Program-made: the position numbers and the translations under genes | Shown: in pieces, positions 28,451 through 38,597 of the stretch | Layout of the letters: each line of letters opens with the position of its first letter | Numbering within the stretch: position 1 is the stretch's first letter | NCBI GenBank assembly: GCA_963599085.1 | Contig: CAVBVK010000004.1 | Coordinates: 23,613 to 87,612 of the forward strand | Length of the DNA stretch: 64,000 nt | Direction: 5' to 3' | Source of the DNA: a bacterium | GTDB lineage: Bacteria; Bacteroidota; Bacteroidia; Bacteroidales; Bacteroidaceae | The notes under the pieces: model-generated | The model's input: the letters and a program-made list of their open reading frames with translations, nothing else | What the model was told of the DNA's origin: nothing | The model's database searches: none

Positions 28451-29227
28451 ATGAATTATGAACTACTGAGCAAAGTGGGAAGCTACGACTTCCTCGTAGA
28501 ACCTTTCCACTGCGATTTCTCACACCGCATCTTTATCGGGCATCTGGGCAACCATCTGCTCAATGCCGCCGACTTCCATTCCAACGAGCGGGGCTACGGC
28601 ATGGACTATCTCAACACCGTGCACAAGACATGGGTACTCTCACGCTTCGTGATGGAAATGCAGGATATGCCCGTCGCCTACGACCGCATAACCGTTGACA
28701 CTTGGGTGGAGAATGTGATGAAATACTTTACGAGCCGCAACTTCGCCGTCCGCACTTCCGACGGCACTGCCTGCGGATTCGGGCGCAGCATCTGGGCCAT
28801 GATAGACACCGGCACACGCCAACCCGTAGATATCCTCGCTGAACGCGACGGACTCATAAAGGCTTACATCGAGACGGAAAAGCCGTGTCCCATCGAGCCT
28901 TTCAAACGTATAAGGGTGGACAAGGATGCCAAGCCCACCGCCACCATTGGCACCCGTTACAGCGACATTGACGTGAACGGGCATGTAAACTCCGTGAAAT
29001 ACATAGAACACATGCTGGATCTGTGGCCGCTCGAATGGTACAGACGCCACCGGCTCACGCGCCTTGACATTGCCTACACCGCCGAAACGCACTTCGGCGA
29101 CCGCCTGCATTTCATAGTACAGGATTGTGGCAACAGTGAATTCAACATACAGGCAATGAAGCAGGCACCCGACAGCGACATCCTGAAAGAAGCATGTCGG
29201 GGAAAGCTGACATTCAAGGATTTATAA
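28451..29227 (+). CDS. acyl-ACP thioesterase
   Basis: Double hot-dog thioesterase pattern (YDFLVEPFHCDF, DIDVNGHVNSVKYIE). ATG at 28451; the track start 28427 is TTG. Confidence 0.8.
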   Translation: MNYELLSKVGSYDFLVEPFHCDFSHRIFIGHLGNHLLNAADFHSNERGYGMDYLNTVHKTWVLSRFVMEMQDMPVAYDRITVDTWVENVMKYFTSRNFAVRTSDGTACGFGRSIWAMIDTGTRQPVDILAERDGLIKAYIETEKPCPIEPFKRIRVDKDAKPTATIGTRYSDIDVNGHVNSVKYIEHMLDLWPLEWYRRHRLTRLDIAYTAETHFGDRLHFIVQDCGNSEFNIQAMKQAPDSDILKEACRGKLTFKDL

Positions 29228-29322
29228 GGAATTATCGCTGTCCGTTAAAACTTTTAGAATTGCTGCCATTTGCTTCTAAACCAAAGATTGAGAAATCAAG
29301 AACTTGTAGGGGCTTGCTTTAA

Positions 29323-29397
29323 GGTCGGGCGGGATGCCCGACCCCTACTGAAATGTCAATGTATTATTACTGATGTTTAACTTTGAAAGACATGTAC
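29323..29397 (-). repeat. dispersed intergenic repeat, copy B (inverted relative to copy A)
   Basis: Reverse complement TTCAAAGTTAAACATCAGTAATAATAcattgACATTTCAGTAGGGGTCGGGCATCCCGCCCGACC. The GC hairpin GGTCGGGC/GCCCGACC is nested in an outer stem GTAGGGG (29306-29312) / CCCCTAC (29342-29348). Confidence 0.75.
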
Positions 29398-29461
29398 GCG
29401 ATAATGTTGAAGAACAACGGTTCACAAGATATTTAGGACACTATTGCTGACGGACAGCACG

Positions 29462-29504
29462 AAAAAAATCCCCGACGCAAGCCGTATGCACTGCGCCAGG
29501 GATT
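29462..29504 (-). terminator. intrinsic terminator of the ompA-family gene
   Basis: Minus strand AATCCCTGGCGCA...TGCGTCGGGGATT, 13 bp with 2 G-U pairs, followed by T7. Confidence 0.65.
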
Positions 29505-29544
29505 GGAACAAGGTTTTGGTTTATGTATAGCGGCCTGCGCTTTA

Positions 29545-30693
29545 TTACTTCGTTATGTCATTGAACGTTGCAACACGGTTGAACTCAACCTGTTCAAAGA
29601 GCTTGTCTGTCGCACCCATACCGGTAGCCTTCAGACGGTCGGCAGAAATCTTGTACTTCTTGACAAGCGCCTGCTTTACAGCCTCGGCACGGGCAGTGGA
29701 AATCTTCTCGTTGATTTCCTTCGAACCTTCCGGAGAAGCGTAGCCCTTGATTTCAACCTTGGCATCTTTATGGTTTTTCATGTAGTTGGCAATAAGCTCT
29801 ATCGGGGCATACTGCGCAGCATCGATGGTTGTCTTTCCCTGACGGAAAAGCACTGTGGGCTGCAGGTTTGTAGCCGTTGCAGGCTTCACATATACGGGCT
29901 GGCTCTTCTTCGTGTTGCACTCGTCAAGAGCGTTCTGAAGGTCGCTAATGGTCTTGTTCTTGCCCGCAATCTCTGAGTTTTTGCCGTCAAGTTCGCCGCG
30001 CAGACTGTTCACCTGTGCGTTGAGGGCGTCGATTTCAGACTGGTCGCGCAGTGTTGCGACAGTGAAGTTGTGCGTGCCGTTGCTGTTTCTGAACTTGTAA
30101 ACCAATCCGGCATTGAGCTGTACGGCAGAGCGGTTGATGTTGTACTGCACATCCTGATAGCCGTCGCCGTTGAGAGCGTAGATGATTGAAGGCTCAATGT
30201 AAAGCTGCCAGGCCTTTGCCTTGCCGAGGTTGAAGGCAAAATCGATGCCCACCTTGGATGTGAGGTTGTCTTGTTTCCAGTCGCTTGTAGGACTGCCGAA
30301 GCGGTGTCCCCAACCCATTCCATAAAGTGCGATCACCTCGAAGCAACGCGGTGTGCCCTTGTAGGTGCCGAACCAGTTGCTGAGGTTCACTGTTCCGAGG
30401 AGCGAGGTGTTGAGAGCGTTTACAAATGTACCTGTGGTGAAGCCGTTTGTAGTCTTGAAATAGGCGTTGCTCTCCACTGCCATACCGAACACCGGCGTGA
30501 AGTTGCGGCCGAGACGGATGCCGAAGTTAGGAGTGAGATCCTGTGCCCAAGAAGCATGGCCTGTGGTTTTCGTGGCTACGCCGGCGTTAATGCCAAGGTA
30601 GAAGTTGTCGAAAGTCTTGCTTTCTGTCACTGTCTGTGCAGATGCAGACACTGCCATCAGGGCAGCCGCGAACAATGATGTAATCTTTTTCAT
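29545..30693 (-). CDS. OmpA family outer-membrane protein (barrel + coiled coil + OmpA domain)
   Basis: Signal peptide from ATG 30693 (MKKITSLFAAALMAVSASAQ), central coiled coil, C-terminal OmpA-like peptidoglycan-binding domain. Confidence 0.85.
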   Translation of the reverse strand: MKKITSLFAAALMAVSASAQTVTESKTFDNFYLGINAGVATKTTGHASWAQDLTPNFGIRLGRNFTPVFGMAVESNAYFKTTNGFTTGTFVNALNTSLLGTVNLSNWFGTYKGTPRCFEVIALYGMGWGHRFGSPTSDWKQDNLTSKVGIDFAFNLGKAKAWQLYIEPSIIYALNGDGYQDVQYNINRSAVQLNAGLVYKFRNSNGTHNFTVATLRDQSEIDALNAQVNSLRGELDGKNSEIAGKNKTISDLQNALDECNTKKSQPVYVKPATATNLQPTVLFRQGKTTIDAAQYAPIELIANYMKNHKDAKVEIKGYASPEGSKEINEKISTARAEAVKQALVKKYKISADRLKATGMGATDKLFEQVEFNRVATFNDITK

Positions 30694-31074
30694 AAATAAA
30701 ATTGCTTTTAATGATGTCAATCTTTATTGTAATCCGACTGCAAAGTAAAGGATTTTTTGATTAAAGGCAAAAACATATTCCATTAATTTGAAATAACGGA
30801 CACAAAATGGGTATTTTGTAGTAGTTCTCATGTCCTTTTTTATCATTTCCCGGCACATTTCCCGGTTCCTTGCGACAAAACCGTGCGCACAATGGCGTTG
30901 TTTCCCACGCAAAAGGGCTGAAAGCATCACTGCTCCCAGCCCCCAAGAATTAGAGAGTTATCAGTACTTATGCGATAAATCCGCAAAGTTTTCAAAATCA
31001 ATCTGCCACTAATGGCTTTTTGGCCATTCGGCTCTTTATAGATTAAGGTCTCTACTCGTCATGCCGACGGCACA

Positions 31075-31620
31075 TCAGTCCATCTTCTGCATGATGTTCA
31101 TGCCTTCCTCCACGGCCTGCATGTTGAGAGGTATCAGACCGTGATGACGCTCGGGGAGCGTCTTGTAAAGAGCCTTGTTCAGACCCTTGGTGCTCACGAT
31201 GGGGCAAACTTTAAGCAGTCCGCCGAGCACAATCATGTTGAACACCTTGGAATTCTTCATTTCTGCCGCCTTGTCCATGGCATCGATGCGATAGACGCTG
31301 ATGTCCTTGCGTGTAGGCGGATTGATAATTCCGAAGCCGTCGTAAATGAGAATGCCGCCCGGCTTCACCTTCGGTTCAAACTTGTCGAGCGAAGGCTGGT
31401 TGAGCACGATGGCCACATCGTATTGGCTGAGGATGGGCGACGAGATGCGCTCGTCGCTCACTATGACGGTGACATTAGCCGTTCCGCCACGCTGTTCGGG
31501 ACCGTAAGCGGGCATCCATGTCACTTCCTTGTCTTCCATAAGCCCGGAGTAAGCAAGAATCTTGCCCATAGAGAGCACACCCTGTCCTCCGAAACCTGCT
31601 ATAATGATTTCTGCTTTCAT
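31075..31620 (-). CDS. 2-oxoacid:ferredoxin oxidoreductase, gamma subunit
   Basis: N-terminus IIAGFGGQGVLSMGKIL is typical of the gamma subunit. 4-nt overlap with the beta subunit. Confidence 0.9.
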   Translation of the reverse strand: MKAEIIIAGFGGQGVLSMGKILAYSGLMEDKEVTWMPAYGPEQRGGTANVTVIVSDERISSPILSQYDVAIVLNQPSLDKFEPKVKPGGILIYDGFGIINPPTRKDISVYRIDAMDKAAEMKNSKVFNMIVLGGLLKVCPIVSTKGLNKALYKTLPERHHGLIPLNMQAVEEGMNIMQKMD

Positions 31621-32381
31621 AGGTTTGTCGTATCTTTTAAGTCGCCCTTAGGGTATTGTTTGAACATATTTTCTTCCATCCACTCGTAGGCTTTCACCGG
31701 ACTGAGTTTCCATCCACTGTTACATGTGGCGACAATCTCCACCAATGACGAGCCCTTTCCCTCCATAGAGGCAGTGAATGCCTTTTTTATGGCGGCCTTG
31801 GCCTTGCGTATTGACGCTACGCTCTCCACGCTCTGGCGTGTCACGAAGCATGTGCCCGGCAGTGTCACCGCCATTTCCGAAAGGTTGAGCGGATAGCCAT
31901 GCAGCTGCGGGTCGCGTCCGTAGGGACATGTCGAAGTCTTCTGTCCGATAAGGGTTGTGGGTGCCATCTGTCCGCCAGTCATGCCGTAGATGGCGTTGTT
32001 TATGAAGATGAGCGTAATGTTCTCGCCACGGTTGAGCGCGTGTATGCTCTCCGCCGTACCGATGCACGCCATGTCGCCGTCGCCCTGATAGGTGAACACG
32101 AGGCGGTCGGGCCACAGACGCTTGATGGCAGTGGCAAGAGCGGGAGCGCGTCCGTGCGCAGCCTCATGCCAGTCTATATCAATGTAATTATAGGCGAAGA
32201 CTGCGCAGCCCACAGGACTCACGCCGACTGTCTTTTCCTGCATGCCCATTTCGGCAATGACCTCAGCCACAAGCTTGTGCACCATACCGTGCGAACAGCC
32301 TGCACAATAATGCATGTGGGTGTCGTTGAGAAGTTCCGGCTTGCTGTAAACCAGGTTCTCGGGTGATATTATGTCGTTCAT
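31617..32381 (-). CDS. 2-oxoacid:ferredoxin oxidoreductase, beta (TPP-binding) subunit
   Basis: CAGCSHG and GDGD...INNAIYGMTGGQ TPP motifs. Confidence 0.9.
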   Translation of the reverse strand: MNDIISPENLVYSKPELLNDTHMHYCAGCSHGMVHKLVAEVIAEMGMQEKTVGVSPVGCAVFAYNYIDIDWHEAAHGRAPALATAIKRLWPDRLVFTYQGDGDMACIGTAESIHALNRGENITLIFINNAIYGMTGGQMAPTTLIGQKTSTCPYGRDPQLHGYPLNLSEMAVTLPGTCFVTRQSVESVASIRKAKAAIKKAFTASMEGKGSSLVEIVATCNSGWKLSPVKAYEWMEENMFKQYPKGDLKDTTNL

Positions 32382-33460
32382 ACCAATTTCTCCTTTAATA
32401 CTTTAACCATTTCTTCGGGCTCAGGCACGATACCGCCAAGTCGGCCGTAGTGTACAACAGGTGTTGCACCGTTTACGGCAAGACGCACATCATCCACCAT
32501 CTGTCCTGCGTTGATTTCGGCTACAAGTATGCCTTTCACATCCTTTGCAGCGGCAGCGATTTCTTTTTCGGGGAAAGGCCACAGGGTTATAGGGCGTAAA
32601 AGTCCCACCTTCATGCCTTCGGCACGCGCCATCTCGATTGCCTTTTCTGCAATACGCGCTGCACTTCCGAATGCGACAATCATGTATTCGGCATCGTCCA
32701 TATACTTGGTTTCGTAGCGGACCTCGTTCTCACGGATGGTTTGGTACTTCTCCTGCAAATGCAGATTGCGCTGCTCCATCACCTCAGGCTTGAGTTCAAG
32801 CGAAGTGATGACATTGATTTTGCGCATTCCCTTGCGACCGTTTGCAGCCCAAGGACACTCTTTGAGGATCTGTTCTTCGGTACGGCGTGGCTTCATCGGC
32901 GGCAACACCACCTTTTCCATCATCTGTCCTATCACGCCGTCGCTGAGGATCATGACCGGCGTGCGGTACTTGAATGCAAGTTCAAAAGAGAGATCCACGA
33001 AGTCGGCCATCTCCTGAACCGAGTTTGGAGCAAGCACGATGATATAATAGTCGCCGTTGCCTCCGCCCCGTGTCGCTTGGAAATAGTCGCTCTGTGAAGG
33101 CTGGATCGTTCCCAGTCCCGGACCTCCGCGCTGCACATTGACGATGACTCCCGGCACTTCTGCACCTGCCATGTAGGAAATTCCCTCCTGCATGAGCGAC
33201 ACACCGGGGCTCGACGAAGAGGTGAGCACCTTTTTGCCTGAGCCGCCGCCACCGTAAATCATGTTGATAGCAGCCACTTCACTCTCTGCCTGCAACACTA
33301 CCATGCCTGTGGTTTCCCATGGCTTCAGTTCGGCAAGCGTTTCAATAACTTCTGTCTGTGGGGTGATGGGATAGCCGAAATAACCGTCCGCACCACACCT
33401 GATGGCAGCGTGAGCAAGAGCCTCGTTGCCTTTCATAAGTTTTACTTCCTGTTCTGCCAT
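32378..33460 (-). CDS. 2-oxoacid:ferredoxin oxidoreductase, alpha subunit (VorB/KorA-like)
   Basis: Start at ATG 33460 (MAEQEVKLMKGNEALAHAAIRCG). Pyruvate-flavodoxin oxidoreductase N-domain pattern. Confidence 0.9.
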   Translation of the reverse strand: MAEQEVKLMKGNEALAHAAIRCGADGYFGYPITPQTEVIETLAELKPWETTGMVVLQAESEVAAINMIYGGGGSGKKVLTSSSSPGVSLMQEGISYMAGAEVPGVIVNVQRGGPGLGTIQPSQSDYFQATRGGGNGDYYIIVLAPNSVQEMADFVDLSFELAFKYRTPVMILSDGVIGQMMEKVVLPPMKPRRTEEQILKECPWAANGRKGMRKINVITSLELKPEVMEQRNLHLQEKYQTIRENEVRYETKYMDDAEYMIVAFGSAARIAEKAIEMARAEGMKVGLLRPITLWPFPEKEIAAAAKDVKGILVAEINAGQMVDDVRLAVNGATPVVHYGRLGGIVPEPEEMVKVLKEKLV

Positions 33461-33465
33461 AGCAA

Positions 33466-33699
33466 TTAATCCTCCATTTTTTTCCTGTAAACCGTGATGC
33501 ATCCGTCCGGACACACTATTCCGCACGAAGCACAACCAATGCACTCTTCAGGATGCACGGCCTCTGCATACGGATAGCCGTGCACATTGACGGCCTTCCG
33601 GGCGAGGGCAATGACATCTTTGGGGCAAGCCACCACACATAGCGAGCAGCCTTTGCAGCGGTCGGTATTGACCACTATGGCACCTTTGATTTTTCCCAT
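33466..33699 (-). CDS. 4Fe-4S dicluster ferredoxin (delta subunit)
   Basis: Two CxxCxxCxxxCP motifs (CKGCSLCVVACP, CIGCASCGIVCP). Confidence 0.9.
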   Translation of the reverse strand: MGKIKGAIVVNTDRCKGCSLCVVACPKDVIALARKAVNVHGYPYAEAVHPEECIGCASCGIVCPDGCITVYRKKMED

Positions 33700-33798
33700 G
33701 TTAGTAAGTTTTTAAGTGAAACTGCATCGGCAGGTGTGCTTTCCCATGCTGCAAGAGTATATGGGCTGCGCAAGAGCAAACGCTGTCTCTATATTTAT

Positions 33799-33978
33799 TT
33801 AAGGGTTGTAAAAGTCCTTGCAATAGAAGCTGAGAATGTCATCAAGCATCTTTTTTGCCTCAACGGCGGGCGACTCGGGGTCGAGTGCCATTGCTTCCAG
33901 ATAGCTGTCAAGCGCATGCTTCCAGTCGCCTTTGCGCCGATACTCGTTGCCAAGGTTGTAAAATTCTTCAGCCGTCAC
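33799..33978 (-). CDS. small TPR-like protein (59 aa), absent from the ORF track
   Basis: GTG start at 33978 overlaps the folD stop (GTGA). Translation [59 protein letters not shown] carries one canonical TPR signature (G..Y...G.W..A...Y..A..LDP). Confidence 0.6.
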   Translation of the reverse strand: MTAEEFYNLGNEYRRKGDWKHALDSYLEAMALDPESPAVEAKKMLDDILSFYCKDFYNP

Positions 33979-34853
33979 TTGTAAAATTCCTTTTTATAAG
34001 CCGACAAAGTGTTCTTCATAAGCGAGCAGATAGTCATAGGCCCCACTCCTCCCGGAACGGGAGAGATGAAAGAGCATTTCGGAGCGACTTCACTGTACTT
34101 CACATCGCCGTTGAGGCGGTAACCACTTTTACGGGTAACGTCGGGCACACGGGTGGTGCCCACATCAATTACAACAGCTCCGTCCTTCACCATGTCGGCC
34201 GTAACGAAGTCGGGGCGGCCTATTGCCGCCACTACGATGTCGGCCTTGACGCATTCCTCCTTGAGATTGGCGGAGTGAGAATGGCACACTGTCACCGTGG
34301 CGTCGCCATAGCGTTTCTGCATCATCAACTGCGCCATCGGATTGCCCACGATGTTACTTCTGCCGAGCACCACGCATTTCTTGCCCGAGGTCTGTATGCC
34401 GTAACGCTGCAAAAGCGTCATTATTCCGAGAGGAGTGGCAGAGATAAAGCACGGCAGGCCTATCACCAGACGACCCACATTGACGGGATGAAAGCCATCG
34501 ACATCCTTGCGGTAGTCGATTGCCTCTATCACTTTTTGCCCGTCAATATGCTTTGGGAGCGGCAGCTGCACGATAAACCCGTCAATGGCAGCGTCGTCGT
34601 TCAAGCGGCCTACACAATCCAGGAGTTCCGCTTCCGTCACATCGTCCTCATAGCGAATGAGCGTCGATTCAAAGCCGCACTGTTCACATGCCATGACCTT
34701 GTTCTTGACATAGGTTTCCGAACCGCCGTCGTGTCCCACCAATACGGCAGCCAGATGCGGACGACGCCCGCCTCCTGCCACGATGGTTTCCACCTCGTTT
34801 GCGATTTCCTGCTTTATTGCTGCAGCCGTAGCTTTACCGTCAATAAGTTGCAT
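33975..34853 (-). CDS. folD: bifunctional methylenetetrahydrofolate dehydrogenase/cyclohydrolase
   Basis: Full-length FolD pattern (VGxDxxSxxYV, GRSNIVGx[11 protein letters not shown]). Confidence 0.95.
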   Translation of the reverse strand: MQLIDGKATAAAIKQEIANEVETIVAGGGRRPHLAAVLVGHDGGSETYVKNKVMACEQCGFESTLIRYEDDVTEAELLDCVGRLNDDAAIDGFIVQLPLPKHIDGQKVIEAIDYRKDVDGFHPVNVGRLVIGLPCFISATPLGIMTLLQRYGIQTSGKKCVVLGRSNIVGNPMAQLMMQKRYGDATVTVCHSHSANLKEECVKADIVVAAIGRPDFVTADMVKDGAVVIDVGTTRVPDVTRKSGYRLNGDVKYSEVAPKCSFISPVPGGVGPMTICSLMKNTLSAYKKEFYK

Positions 34854-34987
34854 ATTGCCTTTTAATTAAATAAATTTAAAGTTGCCGGCATTTTACCTGT
34901 AAGTGAAAGCCAAGTGCACCGGCACTTCATTCCACGACCGTGGCAGTTTCATGTTCCTCCGACTTCTATAAATTCCGGATACCCGAA

Positions 34988-36340
34988 TTAGAATTTCGGC
35001 ATTCCGGGCATTCCTTTCATCTTGCCCATCATACCTGCCATTTTCGCCATGTTGGTACCCGTCACCATCTTCATCATCTTGCGTGTCTGGTCGAACTGCT
35101 TTATGAGCCGGTTCACATCCTGAATGTTTGTGCCGCTACCCTTTGCTATACGCATACGGCGGCTTTGGTTCAGAATCTCAGGGTTGGCACGTTCCTTCAG
35201 CGTCATGCTCTTGATTATGGCCTCGATTCCCTTGAAGGCGTTGTCGTCTATATCGACATCCTTTATGGCTTTACCCACTCCCGGAATCATGGCGGCAAGA
35301 TCTTTGAGGTTTCCCATCTTCTTTATCTGTTCAATCTGTCCGAGGAAGTCGTTGAAATCGAACTTGTTTTTCTGGATCTTCCTTTGCAGACGGCGTGCCT
35401 CTTCCTCATCGAACTGCTCCTGTGCACGTTCCACAAGGCTCACGATGTCACCCATTCCGAGTATTCGGTCGGCCATGCGTGAAGGATGGAAAACATCGAT
35501 CGCCTCCATTTTCTCGCCTGTTCCCACAAACTTGATGGGCTTTGTCACGACAGTACGGATGGAGAGTGCGGCACCGCCGCGGGTGTCGCCGTCGAGTTTT
35601 GTGAGCACCACTCCGTCGAAGTCAAGGCGGTCGTTGAACTCCTTTGCGGTGTTCACCGCGTCCTGACCTGTCATAGAATCCACCACGAAAAGTGTCTCAT
35701 CGGGATTGACGGCGTTCTTGAGATTGTAAATCTCGGTCATCATCTCCTCATCGACAGCGAGGCGTCCCGCCGTATCGACAATCACCACATCGTAGCCCTT
35801 GGCCTTGGCTTCACGGATAGCGTTGCCTGCTATCTCCACCACGTTCTTGTTGTCGGGCTCGGAATAGACGGGCACGCCCACCTGTTCTCCCACCACCTTG
35901 AGCTGGTCGATAGCCGCAGGACGATAGACATCGCATGCCACGAGCAGAGGGTTCTTGCGCTGTTTCTGTTTGAGCATGTTGGCAAGCTTTCCGCTGAAAG
36001 TGGTCTTACCCGAGCCTTGGAGTCCGCTCATGAGCACGATTGATGGGCGGCTGTTGAGGTGAAGCTCTGCCGCTTCGCCTCCCATGAGTTCCGCCAGCTC
36101 GTCATGCACAATCTTCACCATAAGCTGACCGGGCTTCACCGCCGTGAGTACATTCATTCCGAGTGCCTTTTTCTTCACGGTGTCGGTGAATGTCTTTGCC
36201 ACCTTATAATTTACGTCGGCATCAAGCAACGCGCGTCTTACATCCTTCAAGGTTTCGGCTACATTTATTTCCGTAATCTTGCCTTCACCTTTCAATATCT
36301 TGAAACTGCGTTCCAGTCTGTCGCTTAAATTTTCGAACAT
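34988..36340 (-). CDS. ffh: signal recognition particle protein
   Basis: Start at ATG 36340 ([13 protein letters not shown]). [14 protein letters not shown], and a Met-rich M domain and tail. Confidence 0.95.
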   Translation of the reverse strand: MFENLSDRLERSFKILKGEGKITEINVAETLKDVRRALLDADVNYKVAKTFTDTVKKKALGMNVLTAVKPGQLMVKIVHDELAELMGGEAAELHLNSRPSIVLMSGLQGSGKTTFSGKLANMLKQKQRKNPLLVACDVYRPAAIDQLKVVGEQVGVPVYSEPDNKNVVEIAGNAIREAKAKGYDVVIVDTAGRLAVDEEMMTEIYNLKNAVNPDETLFVVDSMTGQDAVNTAKEFNDRLDFDGVVLTKLDGDTRGGAALSIRTVVTKPIKFVGTGEKMEAIDVFHPSRMADRILGMGDIVSLVERAQEQFDEEEARRLQRKIQKNKFDFNDFLGQIEQIKKMGNLKDLAAMIPGVGKAIKDVDIDDNAFKGIEAIIKSMTLKERANPEILNQSRRMRIAKGSGTNIQDVNRLIKQFDQTRKMMKMVTGTNMAKMAGMMGKMKGMPGMPKF

Positions 36341-36420
36341 ATATAATTCAGAATTTAATTTGTTATTGTACAAATAGGGAGGGGAGCATTTCATACCGTG
36401 CAAGCCGCTCCCTCACACTG

Positions 36421-36428
36421 CAAAAGTA
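36421..36428 (-). promoter_or_regulatory. putative -7 box TACTTTTG for ffh
   Basis: Plus strand CAAAAGTA, ~80 nt upstream of the ffh ATG. The leader contains a GGGAGC/GCTCCC hairpin. Confidence 0.4.
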
Positions 36429-36538
36429 AGCAATAATTGACGAAACGGAAAGACAATTGTAAGTTATTTAATGTATTTTAAAACTGTTTCCGCACAAAAT
36501 TTCCTTTCACTGGCGGGCAGAGCGTAAGAAAATGTGCA

Positions 36539-38452
36539 TTATGACAGCACCACATTGCCGTCCTCGGCATAAATCGTCTCTTCCCCGATGAGACATTCGA
36601 GAGCTTCGCCAAGGACATCGCGCGGGATGCCGAGCGAAAGCAGTGAGGCTGCGGCGTGGGGCTGCCTGTCGGCAAGGAATGCGAGAATGGCGGTCTTGGC
36701 GCGGTTGGCGCGCGACTCTTTTGCGGCGTTCTTCATCCGGCTGCTGCACACGTCGCAGTGTCCGCAATCCGCGGTTTTCTCCTCGCCGAAGTAGCGCAAG
36801 AGCTGGCGACTGCGGCATACATCGCTGTTGGTGGCGTAGCTCACCACTGCCATTACATTCTTCTCGAACTGCACCTTGCGCTCTTCATACACCGAAGGCG
36901 GTATCACGAGCATCCCGGTTTCCACACGGTCGGTGAGATAAGTGACGGTGGGCATACGGCGTTGCGGAATGAAATGCACTATGCGGCGCATGCTCAGCCC
37001 TTTCAGCACGAGATACACCTGCTGCGTTGTCAACCCTGCCTTGCTTGCGATGTTGTCCTCGTCGATGAAGACATAATCCACGAAGAGCCCCGAGTAATTT
37101 CTCAACAGTGCCATGATGACGGCATCCTCCATGGGCGAAAGGTCGGTGAGACGGTAGAGCAGGTCGCGGTCGAGCGTGAAACGCAAGCGTGCCTTCAGGT
37201 CGGGGTCGGCATCGTAGTCGAAGTAACCGGCATTGCTCAGTATGTGCAACGCCGAATCGACAGTGAGCGGATAATGGTGGAACGCACGGCAGAACTTGTC
37301 GGTATCAAAAGCGAAGACATGCCCTCCCCCACTGCCTGTGCCTATCTGGAAGAAATAGGCGATGTGCTCGTAGATGTCGGCGATGAGTTTCTTGGGCGGA
37401 TATTCGTTGTCGATGCGCCGTTCAAGCTTGCGGTGGTCGGACGAATTGTAAAGCAGTACGGCATACGACCTGCCGCCGTCTCTACCCGCACGGCCCGCCT
37501 CCTGGAAGTAGGCTTCAATGGAGTCGGGGCAGTCGATGTGTATCACGAGGCGCACATCGGGCTTGTCAATGCCCATTCCAAAAGCGTTTGTCGCTACCAT
37601 GACACGTTTCTCCCCGCAGCTCCAGTCCTTCTGTCGCACGTCCTTCACGGAATTGTCGAGTCCGGCATGGTAGAACGTGGAGCTTATGCCGTGCCCTTCA
37701 ATGAATTTACTCACCTCCTTGGAGCGGTCGCGGCTGCGCACATAGACAATGGCACTGCCTTCGATGGAGTTGAGTATGTGTATCATCTCATCGGGCTTGT
37801 TCATGGTCTGGCGCACAATGTACGACAGGTTCTTGCGCTCAAAACTCATGCGGAACACGCACTCCTTACGGAACTCGAGGCGTGCCTGTATGTCGGAAGT
37901 CACCCTTGCAGTGGCGGTGGCAGTGAGGGCGAGAACAGGAGCATCGGGCTTCAGGCGGCGTATGTCGGCAATGTGCAGGTAGGACGGGCGGAAATCGTAA
38001 CCCCACTGACTGATGCAGTGAGCCTCATCGACGGTGATGAAACTCACGTTGATGCGGCGGAGCTTCACCTTGAAGAATTCCGAGCCTATACGCTCGGGCG
38101 AGACATACAGTATCTTGGTGTTGCCCATGATGCAGTTGTCGAGTACCGTAACCGTCTCGCGCCGTGTCATACCCGAGTAAATGGCCGACGCAATTATGCC
38201 GCGTCGGCGCAGTGCCATGACCTGATCCTTCATCAGGGCTATGAGCGGCGTTATGACAATGCACACGCCTTCCTTGGCAAGGGCAGGCACCTGGAACGTG
38301 AGCGACTTGCCGCCGCCTGTCGGCATGAGTCCCAGAGTGTCGTTGCCATCGGCTATACTGCGTATGATATCGCGCTGGATGCCACGGAAGCCGGAGTAAC
38401 CCCAGTTGTCGTGCAGGATTTTCAGATATGCTTTCTCGTCGTAGCCCGGCAT
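36539..38452 (-). CDS. recQ: ATP-dependent DNA helicase RecQ
   Basis: MPTGGGKSL, DEAH (VDEAHCISQWGYDFRP), RecQ Zn-binding region CRSRQLLRYFGE...CGHCDVC. Confidence 0.9.
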   Translation of the reverse strand: MPGYDEKAYLKILHDNWGYSGFRGIQRDIIRSIADGNDTLGLMPTGGGKSLTFQVPALAKEGVCIVITPLIALMKDQVMALRRRGIIASAIYSGMTRRETVTVLDNCIMGNTKILYVSPERIGSEFFKVKLRRINVSFITVDEAHCISQWGYDFRPSYLHIADIRRLKPDAPVLALTATATARVTSDIQARLEFRKECVFRMSFERKNLSYIVRQTMNKPDEMIHILNSIEGSAIVYVRSRDRSKEVSKFIEGHGISSTFYHAGLDNSVKDVRQKDWSCGEKRVMVATNAFGMGIDKPDVRLVIHIDCPDSIEAYFQEAGRAGRDGGRSYAVLLYNSSDHRKLERRIDNEYPPKKLIADIYEHIAYFFQIGTGSGGGHVFAFDTDKFCRAFHHYPLTVDSALHILSNAGYFDYDADPDLKARLRFTLDRDLLYRLTDLSPMEDAVIMALLRNYSGLFVDYVFIDEDNIASKAGLTTQQVYLVLKGLSMRRIVHFIPQRRMPTVTYLTDRVETGMLVIPPSVYEERKVQFEKNVMAVVSYATNSDVCRSRQLLRYFGEEKTADCGHCDVCSSRMKNAAKESRANRAKTAILAFLADRQPHAAASLLSLGIPRDVLGEALECLIGEETIYAEDGNVVLS

Positions 38453-38597
38453 GTTTGTTTTTATATGTGAAAAGGTCGTATTCTGACAGCTTCTCTAACA
38501 AGCTTTGTTTGAGAAATCGGGAAGATGGCTTTGTCCGGAAACGCGAATTGCCGTGACACGAAACCGCATGATTTCCTGCCACGGCAACACATTACGT

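Noticed and set aside
22903-29397. The inverted repeat pair read as the ends of a composite transposon or an invertible cassette.
   Set aside because: The 6.4 kb between the repeats is housekeeping (tRNA-Asp, recR, GT2, GNAT, thioesterase). There is no transposase, integrase or invertase anywhere in the window. No target-site duplication is visible, and GC content and codon usage match the flanks. I kept it only as a dispersed repeat with theoretical inversion potential.
36656-38470. A very long (604 aa) ORF antisense to recQ. Similar antisense ORFs occur at 17076-18548 (lon), 15121-16308 (tgt), 41939-43195 (pepP), 53640-54755 (aminotransferase), 33855-34865 (folD), 58543-59505 (wecB/SPFH) and 48897-49724 (PTP).
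   Set aside because: Each one mirrors a confidently identified gene on the other strand. Their translations are low-complexity (rich in R, H, V, A and L) with no recognisable motifs. They are shadow ORFs caused by the scarcity of TTA/CTA/TCA codons in the real genes.
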